Shown here: piece after piece, positions 47,519 through 60,400 of the stretch
How the letters are laid out: each line of letters begins with the position of its first letter
Numbering within the stretch: position 1 is the stretch's first letter
Source of the DNA: an uncultured Gemmataceae bacterium
GTDB taxonomy: Bacteria > Planctomycetota > Planctomycetia > Gemmatales > Gemmataceae
Direction of reading: 5' to 3'
Length of the DNA stretch: 64,000 bases
NCBI GenBank assembly: GCA_963750165.1
Contig: CAVVPN010000003.1
Coordinates: forward strand, 1,632,001 to 1,696,000
Program-made: the position numbers and the translations under genes
The notes under the pieces: generated by a model
The model's database searches: none
Seen by the model: only the letters and a program-made list of their open reading frames with translations
What the model was told of the DNA's origin: nothing

Positions 47519-48247
47519 CTACCTTTGCGGGGCGTGCGACTTCCGCCGGACAGCACGCTGGAACAATCCGCGGACCAGCAGACACGAGCCGGCGCCGGCG
47601 AACAGGAGCAGGCTGGCCGGCTCCGGAGTTGGCGCCGCCGCCGCTTCGTTCCCCTGGACGTTGCGGAGATAGGCCGTGGTGGTGTAGCCGTCATCGCCGC
47701 CGTTCAGGATGAACTCCAGCACGGGGTCGTTCTGCTGCGCGAGATCGCCGGTGACATCCAGGGTCACGAGCGTCCAGCCATCGGCGAGGGTCATGGTGCT
47801 GACGGGCGAAGGCGAATATGGGCCGGTAAATTGCTGTCCCGTGCGATCCACGCTGAAGAACGCTGGGAAGTCCAGCGGGTCATTGGGGTCGGTGGGGGCG
47901 TAGGAACCCGAAAAGTCCGAGTTCCAGAGCGTGGCCTGGAAGCTGTCGGGCGGATCGCCCACGTTGGGTTCCCCTCCCGTCGAGGTGAGGAGGTACTCGA
48001 AGCTGATCGAGGTGGCGTCCGTCGGCAGCGTGAAGACCTGTTGGAGTTGGACCTGGGCGAAGGTGGAACTTTCCGCGAAAGTCACCACCCCGCCGCTGAC
48101 GGTGGGAGCCGCGCCGAACTCGGTCGTCCAGGCGGGGGCCAGTGGATCGGAGAAGTTGCCGTTCTGAATGAAACCCGCCCTGGCGAACGGAGCGCCAACC
48201 GCCAGTTGTGCGCACACCGCCACCAGTATGAATGCCCAGCGCCGCAT
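47519..48247 (-). CDS. PEP-CTERM sorted surface protein
   Basis: Signal peptide (..ARAG); C-terminal TPEPASLLLFAGAG + hydrophobic segment + RRK. Confidence 0.88.
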   Translation of the reverse strand: MRRWAFILVAVCAQLAVGAPFARAGFIQNGNFSDPLAPAWTTEFGAAPTVSGGVVTFAESSTFAQVQLQQVFTLPTDATSISFEYLLTSTGGEPNVGDPPDSFQATLWNSDFSGSYAPTDPNDPLDFPAFFSVDRTGQQFTGPYSPSPVSTMTLADGWTLVTLDVTGDLAQQNDPVLEFILNGGDDGYTTTAYLRNVQGNEAAAAPTPEPASLLLFAGAGSCLLVRGLFQRAVRRKSHAPQR

Positions 48248-48400
48248 GACAGTCTCCGAATTAAAGAGGGTGCATTGATGAATCCGGGAATTTCCCGCAC
48301 CTATTGATACAAATACTCCAGGCATCCAGTGTGCTGGCGGAGCGCCGGACAAGCAACAACAATTTCGCTTTTTCGCCCCACCCCTTGCCTGCCCCGCTGG

Positions 48401-51400
48401 TCAACCGCCCAGCCCGATCACCCGCCGCTCGTCCCGTTCGTCGCGTGCCAGCGTCGCCAGGCCGGCGGCCAGCAGCGCGCCCGCCATCAGGTCGGCAACA
48501 GTCGCGTCCTCCTCGGTCAGCCAGTTTGCCAGGGCCTGTCCGTGCAGGTCGATGGCGGTTCGGGCGGCGGACGCTGGGGCCTCCTGGGGTGTCGGGATCA
48601 GTTCCGACGGCCCCAGGACACTCGGGGAGCCGTCCGCCGCACGGCCCACGGCCGGGACGAACCGCAGACGCGACGGCACGGGCTGGAGGGTGACCGCCGG
48701 GCCCGATTCCCACGGGAGAGCCGCCGCGGACTCGGAGCCGTTCGGCAACGGCACGCCGGCCAGCGCCGCCGGGGTGTAGGTGCCTTCCCACAACGCGGGC
48801 ATCGGAGCGGGGGGCGGCCCCAGCGGCGCCGGAGCGGACGCGGCCACGCTGTTGCCGTTCGACACCGCCGGCAGGGTGAACACCTGCGGGATGAACGCCT
48901 GCGGGATGGCCGTCTGTGGGGTAACCGTCTGCGGGGCGACCGTTGGCGGCGTGTCCACCGGGAGCGTGCCGCCGTCATCCGCCACCACGAATTCCAGCGT
49001 CATGGGATCCCAGCTGCCGCTGGACTCCGACGGTAGCGGCGCCGAGGACAGGCCGAAGACACTGCGCAGGTAGGCGTCCGAACTGTACGCCCCGCCACCC
49101 TCGCGCGGTAGCACCGCGGTGGAGAAGACGCCAGGGCCGTTGATCTGCGTGCCGAACCCGGCGGACCCCATCAGGTCCGTCGTGCCGTTCAACGCGGTCA
49201 CGTCCCACAGGCCGAAGGTGTGGCCGGCTTCGTGACTGATGGCATTGGCAATCTGCTGCGCATACTGGTCGGCGGTCTCGCCCAGGAAGCTTTCGGCCTG
49301 GCCGACCGCCGCCGCGAACACGAAGCCGATGTCCGTGTACTGGTTGCCCGGATCGACCGGCGCCCCGCCCGCGGTCAGGCTCACCGAGCCCGTGTTGAAG
49401 ACCGGGTTGGTGCCCACCAGCCAGGAACCATCGCCACCCACGTAAATCACCGTGTCGCCCGTGTGGAAGAGTGGGTCGTCCTGCCAATCGTCGTCGCGCA
49501 ACACCTGCACGGGGTACGCCGCAAACTCCGCCCGCACCTCGGTCACGATCTGCTCGATCTGCGTCTCGCGATCAACCCCGCCGAAGGCGACGTAGGCCGG
49601 GTGGGTCACCCCGGTCGCTGCCGGCACCTGCTCCACAGCCGCCGGCGCCGGCAGCGTGCCGCCGGCGAAGTCCAGGAAAATATGCGTCTGTGGCGGGGCG
49701 GGAGCAGGCGGCAGCACGCCCAGAACCTGGCTCTCGAACGTGTAGCGGACGTTGTTCGGGTTGTACAGCGAGAAGCTCCGGGCGGTGGTGGTCTCTCCCG
49801 GGTTCAGGATGCCATCGCCACCGGCCAGGGCGGTCAGGTCGAAGTACGGCGCGCCGCTCGGCAGGGTGCCGGTCGGCTGCAGGACGCTCACGGTTGAGGG
49901 TGACAGGTTGAGCCAGGACAGCCAGATCGGCCCCTGAATCGGCGTGGAGGTGTTGTTCGTCACCGTCCCGTAGAACGAAGTGTTGTGCGTGCTGCGGTTG
50001 TACTGCGTGCCGTAATAGGTGATGGTCAGCATGGACGTGACGTCCACCTGGCCGATGATGGGCAGGACATCAATGACGAAACTGCGCGTCAGCGACAGGC
50101 CGCCCTGGTCGGTGACGCGGACGTCGAGGACCAGCGTGGCCGCGTTCGCGTACAGCACCGACATGCCGAGGTTCAACTCCAGGACATTGTTCACGACCGT
50201 GAAGCGCGCGTCGTTGACCACCGAGTAAGTGAGGGTGTCGCCCACGTCCGGGTCGGTGCCCGTCAGGGTGCCGACCACAGCCCCGGCGTCCTGTTCGGGC
50301 ACGGTGTTATTGCTCAGGGTCAGGTCCGAGGGCGGGTGGTTGACGTGCAGGACCGTGATGGTGAAGTTGTCTGTCACGGATAGGGCGCCCTGGTCGGTGG
50401 CGGTGATGGCCAGCGGCACCGTCGGCTCGGTCTCGTGACTGAGGCTGACACCGCTGGCGAGTTCGAGGACGCTGCCGACCACCTGGAAGCGCGGATCGGA
50501 AACCGTGAAGGTGTGGGTGTCGCCCACGTCGGGGTCGGTCACGGTCAGGTTACCAATGACGGCGCCCGGCGCGTCCTCCAGCACCGTCGTGTTGTCCAGT
50601 GTCACATTCGTCGGCGCGTGGTTGACGTGCAGGACCGTGATGGTGAAGTTGTCTGTCACGGACAGGCCGCCCTGGTCGGTGGCGGTGATGGCCAGCGGCA
50701 CCGTTGGCTCGGTCTCGTGACTGAGGCTGACACCGCTGGCGAGTTCGAGAACGTTGCCGACCACCTGGAAGCGCGGGTCGGAAACCGTGAAGGTGTGGGT
50801 GTCGCCCACGTCGGGGTCAGTCACGGTCAGGTTGCCGATGACCGCGCCGGATGGTCCTCCAGCACCGTCGTGTTGTCCAGCGTCACATTCGTGGGCGCGT
50901 GGTTGATGTGCAGGACCGTGATGATGAAGTTGCGCGTCACGGACAGGCCGCCGGCGTCACTGGCGGTGATGGTCAGCGGCACCGTTGGCTCGGTCTCGTG
51001 ACTGAGGCTGACGCCGCTGGCCAACTCAAGGACGTTGCCGACCACCTGGAAGCGCGGATCGGAGACCGTGAAGGTTGGCGTGTAGCCCATGTCGGGGTTG
51101 ATGACGGTCAGGTTGCCGATGACGGCGCCCGGATGGTCCTCCAGCACCGTCGCGTTGTCCAGTGTCAGGTCGCTCTGTCCCAGACTGACCACGGTGATAG
51201 TCACCATGCCCGGCTGGCTGAGCAGCTGACCGTCGCTGGCCTGGTAGGTGAAGCTGTCCGTACCGCTGAAGCCCGGGTTGGGCGTGTACAGGAACGAGCC
51301 GTCGGCGTTCAGGGTGACGGTGCCGTGCGCCGGCTGAGTGGCGATCTGGGCGGTGAGGGGGTCGTCCTCGGTGTCGGTGTCGTTGGCCAGCACGCCGTTG

Positions 51401-54400
51401 GCGGCGCTCACCTGGAGCGGTTGGTCCTGGCCCGTCGTGTAGCTGTCGGGGTTGGCGAAGGGGGCGTGGTCACCGTCGGGGCCGAGCAGCTGGACGTTGG
51501 CAATGCTCACCGAACTGGCGACGGCGTCGAAGCCGAGCAGTTCCAGGTCCAGCGTCGCCTGGCTGCCGATGGCCAGGCCGGCCAGGCTCACGGTCACGAC
51601 CAGCGGCGTGCCCGGGGTGGCCGTCTGGCCGGAGGTGGCCAGGCCGTCCACGGTGACCTGTGGGCCGAAGAAGGTTTGGCCGGAGGTCTGCACGTTGAAG
51701 AAGGCGTCAGTCTGGGTCAGTCCGGTGGCGGCGCCGACCAGGGTCGTGTTGGTGGTCGGGTTGAGCAGCGCCGCCTCGAAGGCGTCGGGCGGAGCCAGCG
51801 GGCCGTTCGAGCTGAAGTTGGTGGTGACGGTGAAGCGCAGGGCGGTGGCGCCTTCGGGAACGCTGAACGTCTGGGTGAGGCTGGTGAAGACGTTCGGGTT
51901 TTCGCTGAGCACGGCCTGGGCGTTGCTGTTGACCGCGACCGTTCCCTGCGTGGTCCAGCCGAACTGCGAATCGGCGGGGTTGGCGTCGGAGAAATCGCCG
52001 TTGACCAGGTCGTCGCCGGACCAACCGCCTTGCCGCGCGGGTGCGGTGCCGATGCCGAGGAGGCTCGGGACCAGGTTGCTGGTGACGCTGGCGTCCTGGC
52101 GCACGGTGTTGAGGATCTGCACGTCCAGCGGCGAGGGTAAACGGCGGACGCCCGGCTCCAGGGTGAGGCTCATCAGGTCATCGGGATACAGGGACGGGTC
52201 GAGGTCGTCCGCCTGTGGGGCTGCCAGGTTGGCGGAGTAGCCCTTGCCGACGAACATCATGGAGCCGGCGACAATGCCGACGTGGGCGGCGTAGCCGGGA
52301 ATCTGCGGGTCGATGCCGAGCACGTGGCCGACCTCGTGCAGCAGGACGGTGTCCAGGTCGTACTTGCCCGCGGCGGGCGAGCCGGGGAGTGCCTGGAAGG
52401 CGTCGGGGCTGAGCTGCCGGCTAAACGCGGAGTTGTCCAGCGGCGTGGGATCGACGTACCAGCCAACGCCCGCGGCGTCCGGGCTCAGGGTGATGGTGGC
52501 GGCCGTGGGCAGGCCGTCCGGGCCGAGCCCGTCAATGCGAGTCTCGCCCAGTTCGCCTGCAGGCAGTTCCGCAAACGTAACGTTGAACTGAGCGTTGGCG
52601 AGGCCGCCGCTTGGTATGTTCCAGGCCGCCAGGGCTGCGTTCAGGCTGAACGTCTGGAGGCTGTCCAACGATGGATCTTCACCCTGCAAACCGATTGCTG
52701 TGCCCAATTGAGGCGCCGGAGGCGGGACAGGGTACGCGGTGATCAAATTCCCTCGGGCGTCGGTGTAAATCTGGATCCAACTGGTTTGCTGCCCGCCATG
52801 CTTCAAGGAAGTCAATCCGACAATTTGTTGGGTGTCCACGAGGCGGCTGTAAGACGGATTGAGTGCTCCTCCTCCCTGCTGGACCGCCCGCACAGGGGAC
52901 TGAACCACCCCTCTGCTGGTGAGAACTTGTTCGAGTTGACCGACCGAGATGGTGAAGGTCGAGTCATGTTGCGTCGGGGCGGGCCGGAAGTGATTCTGCA
53001 CAAGGTGCACCAGGCCAGCCGTGGTGGATCTGCCATTCCCCGCCCCCTTGGGCGAAAAGCGGGTGGCGAAGTTGGGGACGTTGATGCGGTTTCGTACCAC
53101 GCCAGGAATCGGGGGTTGACTTCCACTCCCGCTTCCCCCGCCGGGATTGCCACCACCGGTCGAGCCACCACCGCCGCTACCGCCTGTGCCTGGTGGACCC
53201 GATGTCGAGTTGCCGTTGGCGGCGTTGGCCCGGCGAGAGGCCGCAATCCCAGCGGCACCGAGCGGGGCAAACGTTTCAACCATGCCACCGATGCCGGCGA
53301 CGCCCATGCGAATTTGCGGATCATCCGTGAACAACCCGGAAACCTGATATCCGAGACTTGAGCCGATCGTTTTATTGACATCGACGGCCGCGTTCACTCC
53401 GTTCTCCAATTGCTGCTGCGCGTAATTCTCTTGCGTGGTGGTCTGGCCATTGCCGCCCATGACCTGAAGACTACCCTGGTTCTGCAGCGGCGTCATGTGA
53501 CAGTTGGGGTCATCGCGCTTACACGAGGTGACCACGTCAATACCGGCCTCAATCCGCCAGTATTGCGCCTGCTGTTCCTGGATTTTCCTCTGCTGGGCCG
53601 CGAGGGCGTCCTGGACCCTGGGGTCGTAGTACCAGAAGGAACTGCTGAAATCGACCTCCTTCAGCAGCTTTTGCAAGGTTTCAGGGGGCAGTTGTTTCAA
53701 CTGATTGACTGGGTCGAACGGCGAAGCGCTCGCGCCGACATCACTCACGGTAGCCCCCCACTCGCCGGGCCGGTAGGACTTGTCGTGCACGGTCAGGCCG
53801 TCGGTCCCGGTGTCCGTCTTCGACTCCTTGACGACGCCGCTCTTCCGCGGCGGTCCGTGGACAGTCACCTCCTCCGGCACATCGTCCGCCGGAGTGTTCG
53901 TGTTAGTGGCTGGCGGCGTTGCCGGGGTTCCCAGGATGCAGCCGCCGGGGCCGCAGATGGCACTCGACGGGGATACCGTCGGCAAGTTGGGCGGAGGCGG
54001 GGGCGGGGGGGGCGGCCCTTGCGCCGCGGGCGCCTGCTGCTCTCCCGTCGGGTCGGTGTAACTCAGCGGGTTCGCCGAGACGTACAGGTAGCGGTTGAGG
54101 GTGATCGGGGCAGTCTCCGCCCCGAGGAAATCGTCCTGGGTGATGAACGACCCGACGGACGGGTCGTAGTACCGCGCCCCGAAATAGTCCAGCCCCGTCC
54201 CCGGGTCGGCGCGTTGGCCGGTGAACTGCACTGGGTTGTTCGACGCGCCGTAGGACGCCAGCACGTTGCCCCAGGGGTCGTACTGGAAGCCCTGGATCAC
54301 GCCTGCGGGGCCGTACAACTCCGAGGTGCTGCCCAGCGCGTCCACGAAGTAAAACTGTTCGACGGGGACCGAGCCGCCGGAGAGCGGGCTCAGCATCGAC

Positions 54401-57400
54401 ACGAGTTGCACGCCGTAGTTGTACTGAATCTGTGTCTGGCCGCTGCCGCTGTATTCGAGCAGCAGGCCGGACGGCCCATACAGATAACGCGTCTCCCCCG
54501 TGGAGTCGATCAGTTTGACCCGCATCCCGGTGTAGTCGTAGTCGAACGTGACCGGGTTGCCGGAAGCGTCCGTGGTCTGCGTCAGCTCGTCCAGCACGTT
54601 GTAGGTGTACGCCGTGGTGCTCGTCGTGCTGACAACGGTCACGACCGGGTTGCCGTTGCCGTTAATCGTGGTGTTGACCTGGCCGACGATCTTGCCGGTG
54701 CGGTTGCCGTTGAGGTCGTACGTGTAGGCGATGCTCTGCGTGGGGGCCATGTAGTCGGTGACGCTCGCCAGTTCGTTGAGCCGGTCGTAGGCGTAGCTCA
54801 GGTCCACCGCCTGGGACGGGTTCGCCGGGTCGGTGCCCGTTTCGCTCTTGCGGTTGCCGTCGTTGTCATATGTGTAGTGCAGTGCCGCCCCGTTGGCATA
54901 AAAGACGTCGGTCAGCCGGTCGAGATGGTCGTAGGAGTATGACGTTGTCTGCGGCGCGCCGCCGTTCAGCCACTGGTGGGACTCGGTCTGCGACGTGCGG
55001 TCGCTGTCGGCGTCGTAGACGTAGGTGAAGCTAGAAATGACAACCGGGCTCGGGCTCGTGGTGTGATTGACCAGCTGGACCAACCGGCCCGCGGGGTCGT
55101 AGCCGCTGTCGGCGGCGGTCCCGTCCGGGTACGCCACCGTGGCGACCAGGCTGTCCTTGTAGTAGGTGTAGGTCGTCGTGCCGGCGCCCGTGTAGACGTG
55201 CCAGATGCGGTTACGGGCGTCGTAGTCGTAGGTGGTCGTGCCGGCGCCCGGGGGCGGTGTCATGGGCGGCAGCGGCTGGTTCGGGCCGGGGTCCTCCACG
55301 CTCTTGAGGTTGCCCTGCGCGTCGTAGGTGTACCTCACGTGGGTGTAGACGTCGTTGGGTCCCAGGTTGTCGTCCCGGGTCTGTTCGGTCACGCGGTCCA
55401 GGGCGTCGTAGACGTAGACGTGCTGCTCGTAGATCGGCGTGGCGGCGTTCCCGTCCGCCCCGGCCTTGGTTTCGTTGACCTGCACGATGTTGTCGTCCGC
55501 GTCGTACTGGTAGACGATGGCCGACGGTTGGAACGGGACGTTCGGGCTGGCGAATTGCGAGTACGCTACCGTCAACAGCCGGTCCCGGTAGTCGTACGTC
55601 ATCGCCGTGACCTGGTTCTTGGGGTCCGTCACCAGCGTCTGGTTGCCGTTGGCGTCGTAGCCGTAATGCCAGTGAATCGCCACGCTCGTCGGGGGGGTGC
55701 CGGGGTACGGCGCGTACGGCGCGGGCCGCGCCGGCGTGGGGCTCAGGGTGCCGGGGGTCAGGTACTGCAAGGTATCCGTGAGCCGGTTCAGCGCGTCGTA
55801 GTAGAACGTGACCAGGTTGCCGTTGGCGTCCTGCTGGGCGATCTTGTTGCGGTTGCCGTCGTAGCGGTAGTAGGTGATGCCTCCGCCGCTCTGCGTCTCG
55901 TTCACGGACAGGAGCGAGCCCAGTTCGTCGTAGGTGTAGGAGGTCGTGTACCCCCGGGGGTCCTTCATGCTGAGGACGTCGTTGTTGGCGTCGTAGGTGT
56001 AAAAGGTCGTGTTGCCCGCGCCGTCGGTCTCGGTCATCATCCGGTGCAGCACGTCGTAGGTGTAGTAGGCGTCGAAATACCCGGCCCGGGGCGGGTTGCT
56101 GGCGTCGGTCGGGAACGACTGCGACGGCCCGGCGTGGGCGCGCGGGCCCTGCACCGACACCAGGTCGCCGACTGAGTCGTACGTGTAGGTGGTCGTGCCG
56201 GCCACGCTGGGGTCGTTGGCCCCCTCCGTCATGCTGATCTTGCGGTTCGCCCCGTCGTAGGCGTAGGTCGTCTCGTTATTGTCGGCGTCGAAGGACGCGG
56301 TCACGTTGTCGTCGCCGTCGTACTGCATCCGCTCCAGCGTCACCGTGCTGGTGCCGTAGCCGGACGACAGTTCGCTGTTCTGCACGCTCAGCGAAATCTC
56401 CCGGCCCAGCGAGTCGTTCTGGTGGATGGTGAGGATCGGCGCGCCGTTCACGATCCGCGGCCCCACGTCAATCACCTGGTTCTGGGCGTCGTGGTACTCC
56501 TCCAGGGTCGTGGTGATTGCGCCGCCGGTGGTGCCGTCCTCGTCAGTTTCGATCAGGCGGTTGTCGGCGTCGTACTGGTACAGGGTCACGTTGTGGTTCG
56601 CGTCGGTCTGGCTGCGCAGGTTGACGCCGTCGTAGACGGAAACGATGGTGGGGTGCACGAACGTCGTCGCTTGCGTGCCGGGGTCGGTAACGGGGACGCC
56701 GGGTTCCGTCACCAGCACCGGCCGGCCCACCGCGTCGAACTGCGTGACCGTGGCGTTGCCGTCGGCGTCCGTCGTGGTGACCTGGTTGGCGGGGTCGTTG
56801 TAGCTGGTGGCCGACAGCGTGAGCTGCTGGCCGCCGTTGCTGAACTGCTCGTACAGCGTCTGGTTGAGCACACGGTTCAGGTTGTCGTAGGTGGTCGTGG
56901 TAACGGTACCGCGCTTGTCCACTTGTTTGACCACGTCGTCGTTGCCGTTGTAGAAGACCGCCTCCGCCGGATTCAATTCGTCCTTGGACGTGAGCATCCG
57001 GCCCAGGCCGTCGTAGGTGTTGACGACGAAGGTGCCGGACGGGTCCGTGATCTTGACGGCGTCACCGTCCTGGTCGTACTGGGTGGTGGTGGTGAGGCCC
57101 AGGCCGCCGACGTCCACGGTGGCGCTGTGGACGCGGTCCAGGCCGTCCAGCACCGTCTCGGTCTTGCCCGAGACGTGCTCGGGGTCGGCCGAGTTGCCGC
57201 GCGGGTCGGTCACGATGACGGTGTTCTGGGCGTCGAGGCTGTAGTCGTAGGTCGTCACGTAGGTCACTTGCTGGGCGCCGCCGGTCGGGTCGCCGAGGTA
57301 CACGGTCTCATCCACTTCCCCGGGTCGATCCAGACCGTCGATCTTGGCCGACGGGGTGGTGATCGTGAGAGTGGTCACCTTGGCGCCGGTCGGGTTCGAC

Positions 57401-60400
57401 TCGTCCAGGGGGCTCTTGTGCGTCTCCAGGATGACGTTGCCGTTGGGGTCGTACTGGTAATCGACCTCGTTGCCCACCGGGTCGGTCTGGGTCAGCAGTC
57501 GGTTGGCGGCGTCGTAGGTGTACTTCGTGACGTGGTCGTCGGCGTCGCTCTGGCTGAGCGTGTTGCCGACCCGGTCGTAGGTCGTCAACTGGTCCGGCGG
57601 CACGGTGACGTACGAGCCGGACAGCGGCAGGTGCACGTCCGTCACGCGGAACAACCAGTCGTACTTGTACGTCGTGGTGTTGCTGTGCAGGTCGGTCTCG
57701 TACTGCTTGTTGCCGACCAGGTCGTAGTGGGCCTGCATGGTCGGTTCGTTGGTCGGGATCGACGGGCCGCCCACGATCACGGTTTCGATCAATCGGTTCA
57801 GGTCGTCGTAGGTGAATTGCTGGTGGATCGGCGCGCTGCCCGGGCCGTCGCGCAGGTCGTACTGGTCGGTGACGTTGTCGTCCTCGTCGTACCTGTACGT
57901 GGTGGAGATGGTGGTGGTCGAATTGTCCGCCTGGAGCACGCCCGGCTCGGTCTGCGTGATCAGGCGGTTGGCGGCGTCGTAGGCGTAATCGGTGACCTGG
58001 CCCATGCCGTTGATCGTCGCGCTGACCTGGCCGCCGGGCAGGTAGAAGGTGATCGTCTCCTCCGCCCACGCCCGGCCGGCGTCCGGGCCGGTCAGCGGGT
58101 GCAGCCCGTCCTGCGGCAGCACGAAGTTGTAAGCCTGGGCGTTCTGGTCGTCGAAATGGACCTCGCGCACCTCGCGGTCCAGGCCGTCGTACGCGTAATC
58201 GACGTGGTGGCCGAATGTGTCCTTCGTCGAGGTGAGCCGGCTGCGGGCGTCGAACGTCTGCGTCGTGGTGATCCCCTGGCTGCCCGAGGTCTGGGCGAAG
58301 GTCTGGGTGGCGTTGCCGTAGGCGTCGTACTGGTACGTGGTCACGAAGCCCTTGGGGTCGGTCTCCTGCGTCAGGTCGCCGGGGCCGACGCCGTTGGCGT
58401 AGGTCGTGCCGGTGTAATATGCGTACTTCGTCACGTCGCCGACGGCGTCGATGGTGGCCAGCAGGTTGCCGTTCAGGTGACCGGGGGTGGGCACGGAGGC
58501 GCCGCCCTGCAACGCCGGCAGCGCTGGCGGCGGGCCGCCCGTGCCGTCGGTCAGGCCGAACGCGGTGTCGTCGTAGACGTAGAAGGTGGTGTGGCCTTCG
58601 CCGTCGGTCGCGCTGGTCTTCTGGCTGAACAGCGGGTCGTAGGTGTAGGAGGTGGTCACGCTGCTCACCTGCCCCCCGGCGGCGGTGTAGACCGGGTCGT
58701 AGATCGACCCGGTGGGGGCGTGGATCGTCTGCGAAATCACGTTGCCGAGCACGTCGTACTTGTAATCGGTCTCCCGGAGTGTCGGGTCCGTCATGGACAC
58801 CAGTTCCACGTCGAGCTTGCCGTCCGCGCGGACGGGCACGGCGGCGGCGTTGGGCTGGTCCATGTTCCAGACCATGGTCGTCTTGGCGGCGCCCGCGTTG
58901 CCGTCCCCGTCCGGGGCGTCGATCTCAATGGCGGCCCCGTAGCTGTCGAGCACGTAGGTGGTCGCCGGGATGCCGGGTCGCGGGTCGGTCACCATGCGTG
59001 TGTTGGCCGTGCTCGATTGCACGCTGAAGTTGTAGCTGAACTGCGTCACGGAAATCCCGGAGCCGCCGGTGGCCGTGGAGGCACCGCCTGGCTCGTCCAC
59101 TTCCTTGACGACCTCGTAGAACGGCACGCCGAAGAAGGGGTTCAGGTTACTGTCCACGTACGAGGCGAACTGGTGGCCGTCGATCAGCGGGTTGCCGCTG
59201 CTGGTGCCGTCGAGGTGGTCGCTCACCTGGAAGTAGGTGTAGGTGGTCGTGTGGTCCTTGTAGTCCGGCGCCAGGCTGCCGTCCGCGTTGAAGCCGTTCG
59301 GCTCGATGTAACTGGTCAGGTTGTGGCCGGTGGGGCCGTTGCCGGGCGTGTAGGTGTAGGCCTGTTTCTGCAGGATCGGGCCGCCCTTGCCGTCCCGGCG
59401 CACCACGCTGGTGAGGTTGCCGGCCACCTCCGGCGGCGGGTCGGTCGGCGCCGCCCCGGGCGGCGGCTCGTCGTAGTTGTACTGAATGTCCAGGCCGCCC
59501 AGGGTGCCGTCGTCGGACGGGTCGGGGTCGTACCCCGTGATCTCCGTGATGCGGTAGGCGTTGTAAATGTACTGGTAGCTGAACAGGAGCGCCCGGCCCG
59601 ACGAGTCCGTCACCGCCTTCACCAGGGTGAGGTCCTGGTTGGCGGCGAAGGCGTCCTGGAAGGGCTGCGCCAGACTGCTGGCGCCGAGGTCGTCCTTGCT
59701 GTAGTACAGGGTGATCTTGTTGCCGTTGGCGTCCTCGATGTAGGCGAGCTGGTACACGGTGGTGCCGTCGTTGACGTCGGCCGGCAGCTGGAGCGGGCGC
59801 AGCACGAAGTGGTAGCGGACGTCCGCCGTGGTGAAGAAGTCGAAACTCGCCTGCCCCGCGACCACGTCCCGGGCCAGTGAGGAGTGGTAGCCGACCTGCG
59901 GGTAGAAGAACTGGGCGCCGGCCGGCAGTCCGTACTGCTGGGCGCGGGCGGCGTTCACGGCGGTCAGCACCGGGTCCAGGGCGCCGACGGTCGTGAAGGT
60001 GTTGCCGCTGCCGTCGCCGCCGACGATGGTGTACTTGCCGCTGCCGTTGTCCACCAGGGTAACGTTGTAGTTGTCGGTCCAGCCGGCACCGAGCGGCCCG
60101 GGGCTGGTGTCGCCAGAACTGGAGTAGCTGCGCGTGAAGGTCAGGTCCAGGCCGCGGCCGGGGACGGTGACGTCCGTGCTGGACATGGTCAGATGGCCGT
60201 CCCAGATGTCCACGCCCTTGACGATGGTGTGCGCGATGGGGTAGGACTGGTCCTCCTCCACGTCATGGTCAAGCTCGGCGGTCTGCGTGGCCGCGGCGTT
60301 GGTGTCGGTGACCGCGGTGACGGTGAGCGTGTAACTGCCTGGCTGGGACACGGCCGGGACGTTGGACAGGTCCGTGGTGTAGATGCCCGGGTCCAGCTGG

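Noticed and set aside
52812..53381. Overlapping ORF as a hidden immunity gene
   Set aside because: Low-complexity Arg/Pro/Ser alternate-frame translation overlapping the toxin, with no evident RBS
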